From an uncultured Thermoleophilia bacterium (lineage in GTDB: Bacteria > Actinomycetota > Thermoleophilia > UBA2241), in NCBI GenBank assembly GCA_963784975.1, contig CAWAUK010000014.1, positions 1 through 32,000 on the forward strand: a DNA stretch of 32,000 nucleotides, in the 5' to 3' direction. The translations under genes and the position numbers were made by a program. The notes under the pieces are model-generated. The model saw only the letters and a program-made list of their open reading frames with translations, had not been told where the DNA came from and did no database searches. Below are positions 1 to 8,356 of the stretch, piece after piece (position 1 is the stretch's first letter; each line of letters begins with the position of its first letter).

Positions 1-519
1 GCGCAGGCGGAGTACGAGCGCTTCTACAGCACGCTCGGCGGCAAGCCTGTGCACGCCACGCTGGCGACGCACTGGGCGCGCCTCGTCGAGCTCCTCTACG
101 CGGCCGAGCGCGCCCACGAGCTTGCCACCGACCCGGAGATCATCGACCCGGCCGTCCGCAACATCCCGACCCGCATCGTGGGCGAGGGCGTCGGTGTGGT
201 CGAGGCTCCGCGCGGCACGCTCTACCACCACTACAAGACCGACGACAAGGGCATCGTCACCGCGGTCAACCTCATCGTCGGCACGACGAACAACAACGCC
301 GCCATCTCGATGTCGCTGAAGAAGGCCGCCGAGGGCATCCTCACCGGTGGCAACGAGATCCGCGAGGGGCAGCTCAACATGATCGAGATGGCGTTCCGCG
401 CCTACGACCCTTGCTTCGGCTGCGCCACGCACACGCTGCCCGGCGACATGCCGCTCGAGGTCACGGTCAAGAGCGAGGCCACGCGCGGCGTCATCGCCAG
501 CGTCAAGAGGAACATGTGA
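1..519 (+). CDS. [NiFe]-hydrogenase large subunit, C-terminal part (5' end outside window); cytoplasmic group-3-like
   Basis: The frame is open from nt 1. The translation contains GVVEAPRGTLYHHY and the C-terminal Ni-ligand motif DPCFGCATH, followed by a 28-aa extension (TLPGDMPLEV...KRNM) of the kind removed by the endopeptidase encoded next. The subgroup call is by resemblance only. Confidence 0.85.
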   Translation, partial: AQAEYERFYSTLGGKPVHATLATHWARLVELLYAAERAHELATDPEIIDPAVRNIPTRIVGEGVGVVEAPRGTLYHHYKTDDKGIVTAVNLIVGTTNNNAAISMSLKKAAEGILTGGNEIREGQLNMIEMAFRAYDPCFGCATHTLPGDMPLEVTVKSEATRGVIASVKRNM

Positions 520-989
520 CGCCGGGCTCCACGCTCGTCCTCGGCATGGGCAACCCGATCCTGTCTGACGATGGGGTCGGGTTGCTCGTCGCCGGGCGGC
601 TCGCCGGCGAATCGCTGCCCGACGGCGTGGAGGTGCGGCAGAGCGAAGTGGCGGGTCTTCGCCTGCTCGAACTTGTGCGCGGATTCACCCGCGTTATCAT
701 TATTGATGCGCTCAAGAGCCCCACTGAGGCCGGGCGCGAGCCCGGCGAGGTGATCCGGTACGAGGCCAAGGACTTCAAGGGCGGTCACCGCTACGGATCC
801 GCCCACTCCATAGGCCTCGACACGGTCCTTGAGCTCGGTCACAGACTCGGCTACGAGATGCCCGAGGAGGTCATCGTGTTCGCCATCGAGGCGGCAGACG
901 TAGAGACGTTCGGCGAGGAGCTCTCGCCGCCCGTGGCCGCGGCCGCCGAGCGGGTGCTCGACCTCGTCCGCCGTGAGGTGGGCGCGTGA
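516..989 (+). CDS. hydrogenase maturation endopeptidase (HycI/HoxW/FrhD family)
   Basis: GTG at 516 overlaps the large-subunit stop (ATGTGA). The product starts VTPGSTLVLGMGNPILSDDGVGLLV (GxGNxxxxDDGxG signature) and has the distal His region GSAHSIGL. The longer ORF from 411 overlaps the hydrogenase gene and was not used. Confidence 0.85.
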   Translation: MTPGSTLVLGMGNPILSDDGVGLLVAGRLAGESLPDGVEVRQSEVAGLRLLELVRGFTRVIIIDALKSPTEAGREPGEVIRYEAKDFKGGHRYGSAHSIGLDTVLELGHRLGYEMPEEVIVFAIEAADVETFGEELSPPVAAAAERVLDLVRREVGA

Positions 990-1912
990 CCGGCGAGCGC
1001 AGCCTGCCCAGCGAGCGGGGTTCCGCAGGCACGCCGCTCACGGGCGTCGGCATCGTCGCCTTCGTGACCCGCGGGCTGCCGGAGCTGCGCACCGCCCTGC
1101 GCGGCGTGCGTGAGACCGCCCCCTCGGGCGCGCAGATCGCCGTGGTCGCATCCGGCCTGGGTGACCAGGACGCGACCTACCTGCTCCGCCAGTACCTGCG
1201 CGGGCGCATCCACGCCCTGGACTTCGAGCACGGCGACGCGCACGGCAGCCACTGCGGTCTCGACCGCGCGTACCAGCTGGTGCGCGGCGACTACCTGGTC
1301 CGGGTGGACGATACGCTCGAGTTCCAGGCTGGGTGGCTCGAGCGCGCCGTCTCGGCCCTCGAAGCGGATCCGTCGCTCGGCTGCCTCTCGCTGGTCCCGC
1401 CGGACGACTACCACCGCGGCCGCGGCCGGCCGCGGACGGTCCACGTCGAGCCCGTCGTCGTCGACCACCTCGACATGCGCTGCTTCGTCGCGCCCCGCGA
1501 CCTGGTGGAGCGGCACGAGTGCGAGCTCATGGGCGAGCAGCCGGACGGCTGCCGCTTCCAGGAGTACCTGCGCGGCGACGGGCGCCGGCTCGCGTTCCTG
1601 CCCGGCCTCGTCAGCCGGCTGGGCCTCGTGGAGGTCCCGACGGGCTTCGACACCTGCAGCCCGGAGGCCGAGCTGCCCCTGCACGAGGGCGCCACCGGCG
1701 CCATGCAGCGCCTGGAGCAGGCCTATGACCTCGGCGACGACATCCTGCTCACCTGCCTGTCGTGCGGCGCATCTGAACTCGAGGTCCTCGCCGCCCGCAT
1801 CCGGTTCTGCGAGCGTCACCAGGTCGCCATCGGGTTCTGGTACGAACTGCGCTGCCCCGAGTGCGGCGAGCTGCACTACAAGGACGACTACCAGTTCCGC
1901 TGCCCGGACTAG
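986..1912 (+). CDS. hypothetical protein: GT-A (family-2 glycosyltransferase-like) domain plus C-terminal zinc ribbon
   Basis: The GTG start overlaps the protease stop (GTGA at 986-989). The N-terminal ~200 aa look GT-A-like (GIVAFVTRG..., IAVVASG..., LVRGDYLVRVDDT as a DxD-like element, ADPSLGCLSLV). The C-terminus has CLSCG...CERH...CPECG...C. I recognise no hydrogenase-maturation family. Confidence 0.6.
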   Translation: MTGERSLPSERGSAGTPLTGVGIVAFVTRGLPELRTALRGVRETAPSGAQIAVVASGLGDQDATYLLRQYLRGRIHALDFEHGDAHGSHCGLDRAYQLVRGDYLVRVDDTLEFQAGWLERAVSALEADPSLGCLSLVPPDDYHRGRGRPRTVHVEPVVVDHLDMRCFVAPRDLVERHECELMGEQPDGCRFQEYLRGDGRRLAFLPGLVSRLGLVEVPTGFDTCSPEAELPLHEGATGAMQRLEQAYDLGDDILLTCLSCGASELEVLAARIRFCERHQVAIGFWYELRCPECGELHYKDDYQFRCPD

Positions 1913-1930
1913 GGCAGGGGAGTCGGCAGT

Positions 1931-4483
1931 GTGAGCTCTTTCCGGCCCGACGATCGCCCGCTCGTCGCCGTCCGGATCAGCGTCCGCGGCGTCGTCCAGG
2001 GCGTCGGCTTCCGGCCCTTCCTCTACTCCCTGGCCCGGCGGTACGGGTTGCGCGGCTGGGTGCTCAACACTTCGGCCGGGGTGGAGGTGCTGGCGGAGGG
2101 CGCCCCGGATGCGGTGAGCGGGTTCGCCGAGGCGCTGACGGCGGAGGCGCCGCCGCGCAGTCACATCGCCGCCTGCGATGTGCGGGAGGTGGAGCCGGGC
2201 GCAGCCGTCGACGGCCCGGCGGCCGGTGAAGCGTTCGTCATCCTCGAGAGCCAAGCCGATCCCGGCGCCTACCAGCTGGTCTCGCCGGACATCGCGACCT
2301 GCGACGACTGCCGTCGCGAGCTGCTCGATCCGGCCGACCGGCGCCACGACTACCCGTTCACCAACTGCACCAACTGCGGGCCGAGGTTCACGATCATCGA
2401 GGACCTGCCGTACGACCGCGAGCGGACGACCATGCGGCACTTCCCGCTGTGCCCGGCCTGCCGGCGCGAGTACGAGGACCCGGGCGACCGGCGCTTCCAC
2501 GCCGAGCCGAACGCCTGCCCCGTGTGCGGTCCCCGCGTGCGGCTGCTCCGGCTGGATGCGGGCGGAGACGGCGTGATCGAGCTGGCCGCCGGCGGCGAAG
2601 CCGACCCGGCGGCGCCCGTCCGCGCGGCCGCCGATCTGCTCAGCGCCGGCGAGATCCTCGCCGTCAAGGGGCTCGGCGGCTTCCACCTCGCCTGTGACGC
2701 CACGGACGGCGAGGCGGTGCGCCGCCTGAAGCTGCGCAAGCGGCGCCTCGACAAGCCGCTCGCGGTCATGTTCGCCGGCCTCGATGAGCTGCGCGCGCAC
2801 TGTCGCGTCGGCTCCGAGGAGGCGGCGCTGCTCGCGTCGCCGGAGCACCCGATCGTGCTGCTGGAGTGGCGCGCGGTCGGGCTGTCGGGCGAGGCTGGCC
2901 CGCAGGCCGGCAGTGGAGACGGCGACCCGGTGGACCCGGAGGTCGCCGTGCGCCAGCGCTACCTCGGCGCGATGCTGCCGTACACGCCGCTCCACGTGCT
3001 GCTCCTGCGGGCCGCCGGCCGGCCGCTGGTGATGACCAGCGGCAACCTGGCGGAGGAGCCGATCGTCAAGGGCTGGGAGGAGATCGACCGGCTGACACCG
3101 ATCGCCGACGCCTACCTGGTGCACGACCGGGAGATCGCCGTGCGCTACGACGACTCCGTTGCGCAGGTGCGCGGTGGCGAGCCGCGGCTGATCCGCCGGT
3201 CCCGGGGCTACGCCCCCTTCCCGGTGGCCCTGCCGCGGCCGCTCCCGCAGACGCTGGCGGCCGGCGCCGAGCTCAAGAACACGTTCTGCCTCACGCGCGA
3301 CGCCAACGCGTTCCTCAGCCAGCACATCGGCGACCTCGAGAACCTGGAGACGCTGGAGCACTACGAGGCCAGCATCGAGGTGTACCGGCGCTTGTTCCGC
3401 CTTGACCCCGAGGTCGTCGCCTATGACCTCCACCCGGAGTACCTCGCGACCAAGTACGCGCTCGCGCAGCCGCAGGCGGAGAAGGTCGCCGTGCAGCACC
3501 ACCATGCGCACGTCGCGGCGCGGCTCATTGAGCACGGCAGGGAGGAGGCCGTCATCGGGGTCGGCATGGACGGCCTCGGCTACGGCCACGACGGCCGCCT
3601 GTGGGGCGGCGAGATCCTCGTCTGCGACCTCACCGGCTACCGCCGGGTCGCGCACTTCGAGGAGCTTCCGCTGCCCGGCGGCGCGGCCGCCATCGCGCAC
3701 CCCTGGCGGACCGCCCTCGGCTGGAGCTACGCGCTCCTCGGGCCTGAGGGGCTCGATCGCGCCGTCGGGCTCCTGAGCCGGGTCGGTGACGGCGGCGCGC
3801 AGACGGCTACCCCGCCGACCGACGAGGAGGTCTTGGCCGTGGTCCGCCAGATCGACCTCTCGGTCAACGCGCCGCTCACCACCAGCTGCGGCCGCCTGTT
3901 CGACGCCGTCGCTGCTCTGGCCGGCGTGCGCCGGTCCATCAGCTACGAGGGCCAGGCGGCGATCGAGCTGGAGATGATGGCGTCAGGTATGGAGCCCGAA
4001 GTGGAGCCCTACGACTGGACGCTTGACGGCGACGCCGAGCGCGCCGCGGCCGGCGAGCTGCGCGGCGCTTCAGACTGGGCGGCCGCCTGGCCTGCGGAAG
4101 CCGGCGCAGAGGCGGCTGCGCGCGCCGCGAGCCGAGCGCCGGCCGTCGTCCGCCTCGCTACGCTGTTCGACGGCGTCCTCGCCGACCTCGAGGCTGGGGC
4201 CGCGCCCGGCGTCATCGGGGCGCGGCTGCACGCCACCGTCGCGGACGTCGTGTACGACCTCTGCCGCCGGGTCCGTGCGTCCGGTGGCCCGTCCGCGGTC
4301 GCGCTCGCCGGCGGCGTGTTCCAGAACCGGCTGCTCGCCGAGCTGTGCGAGCGGCGGCTGGAGGCCGCCGGGTTCGAGGTGCTGGCCGCCGGGCTGGTGC
4401 CCGTCAACGACGGCGGCGTCTCGCTGGGGCAGGCGGCGGTCGCGGGCTATACTGTGCTCGAGCGCCGCGGGGAGCTTCGCTGA
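1931..4483 (+). CDS. hypF: carbamoyltransferase HypF
   Basis: 850 aa. It has an acylphosphatase-like N-terminus (VRGVVQGVGFRPF) and two CxxC-x18-CxxC zinc fingers (CDDC...CTNC and CPAC...CPVC). It also has a YrdC-like segment (KGLGGFHLACDA) and a Kae1-like segment (VQHHHAH). Confidence 0.95.
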   Translation: MSSFRPDDRPLVAVRISVRGVVQGVGFRPFLYSLARRYGLRGWVLNTSAGVEVLAEGAPDAVSGFAEALTAEAPPRSHIAACDVREVEPGAAVDGPAAGEAFVILESQADPGAYQLVSPDIATCDDCRRELLDPADRRHDYPFTNCTNCGPRFTIIEDLPYDRERTTMRHFPLCPACRREYEDPGDRRFHAEPNACPVCGPRVRLLRLDAGGDGVIELAAGGEADPAAPVRAAADLLSAGEILAVKGLGGFHLACDATDGEAVRRLKLRKRRLDKPLAVMFAGLDELRAHCRVGSEEAALLASPEHPIVLLEWRAVGLSGEAGPQAGSGDGDPVDPEVAVRQRYLGAMLPYTPLHVLLLRAAGRPLVMTSGNLAEEPIVKGWEEIDRLTPIADAYLVHDREIAVRYDDSVAQVRGGEPRLIRRSRGYAPFPVALPRPLPQTLAAGAELKNTFCLTRDANAFLSQHIGDLENLETLEHYEASIEVYRRLFRLDPEVVAYDLHPEYLATKYALAQPQAEKVAVQHHHAHVAARLIEHGREEAVIGVGMDGLGYGHDGRLWGGEILVCDLTGYRRVAHFEELPLPGGAAAIAHPWRTALGWSYALLGPEGLDRAVGLLSRVGDGGAQTATPPTDEEVLAVVRQIDLSVNAPLTTSCGRLFDAVAALAGVRRSISYEGQAAIELEMMASGMEPEVEPYDWTLDGDAERAAAGELRGASDWAAAWPAEAGAEAAARAASRAPAVVRLATLFDGVLADLEAGAAPGVIGARLHATVADVVYDLCRRVRASGGPSAVALAGGVFQNRLLAELCERRLEAAGFEVLAAGLVPVNDGGVSLGQAAVAGYTVLERRGELR

Positions 4484-4544
4484 GCGCGGCGCGCAGTCCG
4501 CAGTGCCCGTCCAGCCCGCCCAGACAGCGACAGGATCTTCGCCC

Positions 4545-4874
4545 ATGTGCCTCGCCCTTCCCATGCGCATCACCGCCCTCCACGGCGCCCTCGCGACGAT
4601 AGCCGTCGAGGGCCTCGAGCAGCAGTGCAGCGTCATGCTCGTGCCGGAGGCCGCCGTGGGCGACTACGTGCTGGTGCACGCCGGATTCGCCATCAGCGTC
4701 ATCGACGAGGCGGAAGCGCAGGAGACCTACGACCTCCTGCGCGAGATCGGCGCGTTCGACGAGGGTGACGACTTGCCGGCCGACGAAGGTGACGACGTCC
4801 CCGGCGGCCAGGTCGCCGGCCCAGAGGGCAGCGCCTCCGGCGACGATCCTGTGGGCGGCGATGACGGCCGCTGA
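4545..4874 (+). CDS. hypC: hydrogenase assembly chaperone HypC with long acidic C-terminal tail
   Basis: The ATG at 4545 gives the canonical N-terminus MCLALPMRI (Cys2). The ~70-aa HypC core is followed by a ~36-aa Asp/Glu/Gly-rich tail. The upstream part of ORF 4023..4874 overlaps hypF and is not protein-like. Confidence 0.85.
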   Translation: MCLALPMRITALHGALATIAVEGLEQQCSVMLVPEAAVGDYVLVHAGFAISVIDEAEAQETYDLLREIGAFDEGDDLPADEGDDVPGGQVAGPEGSASGDDPVGGDDGR

Positions 4875-5928
4875 CGACCTCGGCCGGCTCGCCGCCGAGC
4901 TACGTAAGGAGGCCGGGCCGGGCCTCACCTTCATGGAGGTGTGCGGCACGCACACCATGGCCATCGCCCGGTACGGGCTGCGCCAGCTGCTGCCAGAGGG
5001 CGTCCGCCTGGTCAGCGGGCCGGGCTGCCCGGTCTGCGTCACGGCGATGGCCGACCTCGACCGCGTGCTTGCGCTCGCCCGGCTGCCCGAGGTCACGCTG
5101 GTCACGTTCGGCGACCTCATCCGTGTGCCGGCGTCGCGCGGCACCCTGGCCGCGGAGCGCGCCGCCGGCGCCGACGTGCGCGTCGTGTATTCGCCGCGCG
5201 ACGCGGTGCGCATCGCGGCCGAGGAGCCGGAGCGGCAGGTCGTGTTCGCCGGCATCGGCTTCGAGACGACAGCACCCACCACGGCTGCGGCCCTGCTCGA
5301 GGCGCGCGCATCCGGCCTCGCCAACTTCAGTCTGCTGAGCCTGCACAAGACCATGCCGCTGCCGCTCCGCGCCCTCCTCGACCTCGGCGAGACGCCCATC
5401 AGCGGGTTCCTGCTGCCGGGGCACGTGAGCGTCATCACCGGGACCGCGTGCTACGAGTTCCTGGCCGGCGAGTACGGCATCGCCGGGGTGGTGGCGGGGT
5501 TCGAGGCGGGCGATGTCATGGAGGCGCTGCTCATGCTCGTGCGTCTGCCCGAGCCGAAGATCGTCATCCAGTACACGCGGGCGGTCCGTCCCGAGGGCAA
5601 CGTCGTGGCACAGCGCCTGCTGGAGCGGGTGTTCGAGCCGAGCGACGCCGCCTGGCGCGGCCTCGGCGTCATCCCCGGCTCCGGGCTTGCCCTCCGCGAG
5701 GAGTTCGCCGACGTGGACGCGGCACGCCGGTTCGTCGTCGACCCGGGCCCATCACTGGAGCCGCCGGGCTGCCGCTGCGGCGAGGTCCTGCGCGGCGTCA
5801 CCGACCCTGCCGACTGCCCCCTGTTCGCCGCGCGCTGCACACCGGAGGATCCCGTCGGTGCCTGCATGGTGAGCAGCGAAGGAGCCTGCGCCGCCCGGTA
5901 CCGCTTCAGAGGGATCGATGATGCCTGA
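4861..5928 (+). CDS. hypD: hydrogenase formation protein HypD
   Basis: Motifs present: MEVCGTHT, GPGCPVCVT, GFETTAPT and the C-terminal Cys cluster (PGCRCGEVLRG...CPLF...GACMVSSEGAC). The ATG at 4861 overlaps the hypC 3' end by 14 nt. Confidence 0.92.
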   Translation: MTAADDLGRLAAELRKEAGPGLTFMEVCGTHTMAIARYGLRQLLPEGVRLVSGPGCPVCVTAMADLDRVLALARLPEVTLVTFGDLIRVPASRGTLAAERAAGADVRVVYSPRDAVRIAAEEPERQVVFAGIGFETTAPTTAAALLEARASGLANFSLLSLHKTMPLPLRALLDLGETPISGFLLPGHVSVITGTACYEFLAGEYGIAGVVAGFEAGDVMEALLMLVRLPEPKIVIQYTRAVRPEGNVVAQRLLERVFEPSDAAWRGLGVIPGSGLALREEFADVDAARRFVVDPGPSLEPPGCRCGEVLRGVTDPADCPLFAARCTPEDPVGACMVSSEGACAARYRFRGIDDA

Positions 5929-6964
5929 GCGCCCCAGGCGGACCGGCGAGCGCGTCCTCCTCGGCCACGGCAGCGGCGGCAAGCTGTACCGCGACCTCGT
6001 CAAGGACGTCTTCGTCTCCGCGTTCTCCAACCCGGTGCTCGAGCGTCTCGACGACGCGGCCGCGCTGGCGCCGTCCGGCCGCGTCGCCTTCACCACGGAC
6101 GCGCACGTGGTGCAGCCGCTGCGGTTCCCCGGCGGCGACATCGGCCGTCTGGCCGTGGCCGGCACCGTGAACGACCTCGCGACGGCGGCGGCGCGGCCGC
6201 TGGCGCTCGCCGCCGCCTTCATCATCGAAGAGGGCTTCGCCGTGGACGACCTGCGCGCCGTCTGCGCCAGCATGGCGGCCGCGGCGCGCGAGGCGGACGT
6301 CCCCATCGTCACCGGCGACACCAAGGTGGTGGAGCGCGGCGCCGCCGACGGCCTGTTCATCACGACGACAGGCCTCGGAGAGATCGTCGTCGCGCACGAG
6401 CTCGGGTCGGCCGCAGTCCGCGACGGCGACGCCGTCATCCTGAGCGGAGCCATCGGCGACCACGCCGTCGCCATCCTGACGGCGCGCGGGGAGTTCGACT
6501 TCCGCGCAGACGTGCGGAGCGACTGCGCACCGCTCTGGGGCCTCGTCGAGGCCGCGCTGACGGCGGCGCGGGAGCACGGCGGGGAAGAGGCTGTCCGCTT
6601 CCTGCGCGATCCCACCCGCGGCGGCCTCACGACGGTGCTCGCCGAACTGGCGGAAGAGAGTGGCCTCGGGATCGAGGTCGAAGAAGCGGCGATCCCCGTC
6701 GCGCCGGCGGTGCGGTCGGTCTGCGACCTGCTCGGCTACGACCCGCTGACCCTGGCCAACGAGGGGAAGATGGTGCTGGTGACGGCGGCGGAGGCGGCGG
6801 ACGTCGTGGTCGCCGCCATCCGGACGACCGAGTACGGCAGCGAGGCGCGGCGGATCGGCTTCGTCGCCTCCGCGCACCCCGGCCGCGTCGCCCTGCGCAC
6901 GCCGTTCGGCACGCGCCGTGTGCTGGACATGCCGGTCGGCGAACTGCTGCCGCGGATCTGCTAG
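5918..6964 (+). CDS. hypE: hydrogenase maturation protein HypE (carbamoyl dehydratase)
   Basis: AIR-synthase-like protein with an N-terminal GHGSGG and the diagnostic C-terminal PRIC. Its start overlaps the hypD stop by 11 nt. Confidence 0.93.
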   Translation: MMPERPRRTGERVLLGHGSGGKLYRDLVKDVFVSAFSNPVLERLDDAAALAPSGRVAFTTDAHVVQPLRFPGGDIGRLAVAGTVNDLATAAARPLALAAAFIIEEGFAVDDLRAVCASMAAAAREADVPIVTGDTKVVERGAADGLFITTTGLGEIVVAHELGSAAVRDGDAVILSGAIGDHAVAILTARGEFDFRADVRSDCAPLWGLVEAALTAAREHGGEEAVRFLRDPTRGGLTTVLAELAEESGLGIEVEEAAIPVAPAVRSVCDLLGYDPLTLANEGKMVLVTAAEAADVVVAAIRTTEYGSEARRIGFVASAHPGRVALRTPFGTRRVLDMPVGELLPRIC

Positions 6965-6994
6965 CGCCGTCCGCGGCCCGACGCGAGGAGCACT

Positions 6995-7399
6995 GTGGCG
7001 ACGAAGAAGAAGACGACCCCCGGACGAACGCGGCCGGCCCCGAAGCGGCAGCCGGCCGCCCGGCCGCCGCGGCCGGTCATGCCGGTGTGGCTCAAGAACA
7101 CGCTCGTCGGCCTCATCATCTTCACGCTGACCCTACGCATGGGGCTGCTGCCACAACTCGTCGTGTGTGCGCTCACGCTCGGGGTGGCGGTGTGGCAGCT
7201 CTGGGGCCATCGGGCGAAGTGGCTGTGGACGTGGAGCAGCTTCCTCGCCGTGGGGCTCTACCTGGCCGGGGTGTACCTCGCCGGCCAGACGGCGCCGGCA
7301 TGGTTTCTCTACTTCGGCGCCTGGATCTTCGTCATCGTCGCCTTCGTAGGCGAGGGCTCCCGTGCCATCAGGACGCTGAGGGGTACGTCGACGGACTGA
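6995..7399 (+). CDS. small membrane protein, unknown function
   Basis: GTG start with GAGGAG 5 nt upstream. The N-terminus is basic (MATKKKTTPGRTRPAPKRQ) and is followed by 3-4 hydrophobic helices. No family recognised. Confidence 0.5.
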   Translation: MATKKKTTPGRTRPAPKRQPAARPPRPVMPVWLKNTLVGLIIFTLTLRMGLLPQLVVCALTLGVAVWQLWGHRAKWLWTWSSFLAVGLYLAGVYLAGQTAPAWFLYFGAWIFVIVAFVGEGSRAIRTLRGTSTD

Positions 7400-7668
7400 C
7401 GGTCCCTTACTCCGGTCCCTCCAGCCAGTTCGGGAGGGCAGCAAGGTCGTCGTCCTGCGTGGTCCGCGCGAAGGCAGCGTCGTCGTCTTCAGGGTCGACT
7501 CACTCGAGAAGTTCTGGGAGAGGGCGACCGCCGGAGCCGACGCCGACTCGGACGACTAGCGCAAGAGGCCTCGCGGGGACGACGGGTCCACGCTCTGAGG
7601 TTCTCTGGGGGTACGCGCTCGAGGGCCGATCGTCGAAGCGACGGGGTGAGCAGTCCTGTGAGGATGAC

Positions 7669-7744
7669 TGGAGCCCGGTCGCGGATTCGAACCGCGGACC
7701 CCCTCCTTACCATGGAGGTGCTCTGCCTGCTGAGCTAACCGGGC
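7669..7744 (-). tRNA. tRNA-Thr (anticodon GGU)
   Basis: The reverse complement folds as a 76-nt cloverleaf: acceptor GCCCGGU/ACCGGGC, anticodon stem CCUCC/GGAGG, loop AUGGUAA, T-loop UUCGAAU, encoded CCA. Confidence 0.93.
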
Positions 7745-7745
7745 C

Positions 7746-7830
7746 TGGTGGGGGAGCCAGGATTTGAACCTGGGTAGGCTGCGCCAACGGATTTACAGTC
7801 CGCCCCCTTTAACCACTCGGGCACTCCCCC
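7746..7830 (-). tRNA. tRNA-Tyr (anticodon GUA), long variable arm
   Basis: The reverse complement GGGGGAGUGCCCGAGUGG...GGACUGUAAAUCC...GGUUCAAAUCCUGGCUCCCCCACCA is 85 nt, a bacterial type-II tRNA-Tyr layout. Its encoded CCA end is separated by 1 nt from the 5' end of tRNA-Thr, so the two are probably co-transcribed. Confidence 0.93.
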
Positions 7831-7842
7831 GGGAGCCGTGGA

Positions 7843-7871
7843 ATCCTAGCCCAAAGCCGGGGCGCTTTCAA
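7843..7871 (-). promoter_or_regulatory. candidate sigma70-type promoter for the tRNA-Tyr/tRNA-Thr pair
   Basis: On the minus strand: TTGAAA (7871-7866), a 17-nt spacer, then TAGGAT (7848-7843). The -10 element ends 12 nt before the tRNA-Tyr 5' end. This is a pattern match only. Confidence 0.35.
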
Positions 7872-7957
7872 CCGCCCCCGAGGCTGCGGCACGTGCGGCG
7901 GAAGGCCGGTCCGGCGAGCGCGTCGGCGGGCCGCGCAGGCCGGGTCCAGAAAGAGGC

Positions 7958-7991
7958 AGCCGGGGTCGTCAGGTGGATGACGACCCCGGCT
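7958..7991. other. 13-bp perfect stem-loop (GC-rich, 8-nt loop)
   Basis: AGCCGGGGTCGTC-aggtggat-GACGACCCCGGCT. On the minus strand it is followed by a weak T-rich tract (GCCTCTTTCT), so it could terminate an unannotated minus-strand transcript coming from 8000-8270. Confidence 0.4.
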
Positions 7992-8237
7992 TGAAAGGGT
8001 GTGACGCCCGGCCAGGGGGAGCGGGACGTCACGGGGGACTCGCATGTCATCATGGCGGCCGGACGGCGAGGGGGACTCGCCGCGGCGCTTGTGATGACAT
8101 GCGCATTCTATCCGATATACGGTCGCGCGCAACCGTTCTGCGGACCAATCGGCCTCGGGAGAATTGTACCGATTGTCCAGCGGTGATCGGCCTTGGCGAC
8201 GACCGGCAGGCCGCCGCGACAACCAGCTCTTCTCGGA

Positions 8238-8266
8238 TTGAGCGCGAAATATGCCTGTGGTACCGT
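8238..8266 (+). promoter_or_regulatory. candidate sigma70-type promoter for the CAU tRNA
   Basis: TTGAGC (8238-8243), a 17-nt spacer, then TACCGT (8261-8266), 13 nt upstream of the tRNA 5' end. Pattern match only. Confidence 0.35.
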
Positions 8267-8279
8267 AAGCATCCGCCGT

Positions 8280-8356
8280 GGCGGCGTAGCTCAGCTGGTC
8301 AGAGCAGCGGAATCATAATCCGCGTGTCGTAGGTTCGAGTCCTACCGCCGCTACCA
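8280..8356 (+). tRNA. tRNA with CAU anticodon (elongator Met or lysidine-type Ile2; not initiator)
   Basis: 77-nt cloverleaf: acceptor GGCGGCG/CGCCGCU, anticodon stem GCGGA/UCCGC, loop AUCAUAA, T-arm GUAGG-UUCGAGU-CCUAC, discriminator A, encoded CCA. It has A31-U39 instead of the initiator's three G-C pairs, and positions 1 and 72 can pair (G-U). Confidence 0.9.

Noticed and set aside
851-3700. 949-aa ORF on the minus strand
   Set aside because: It is antisense to the unmistakable hypF and the GT-A-like gene. The translation is Arg/Ala/Gly/Val/Leu-rich with no recognisable motifs and no SD. This is a typical shadow ORF of a high-GC genome.
4023-4544. Long N-terminal extension of the hypC ORF (283-aa ORF 4023..4874)
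   Set aside because: It overlaps the hypF 3' end in another frame. The composition is Pro/Arg/Ser/Ala-rich, and HypC function requires the N-terminal Met-Cys found at 4545.
7973-8332. Small ORFs in the tRNA spacer (7973..8332, 8001..8186, 7809..8222 and others)
   Set aside because: They overlap tRNA genes or each other and lack SD sequences. The translations are Arg/Gly-rich and not protein-like.
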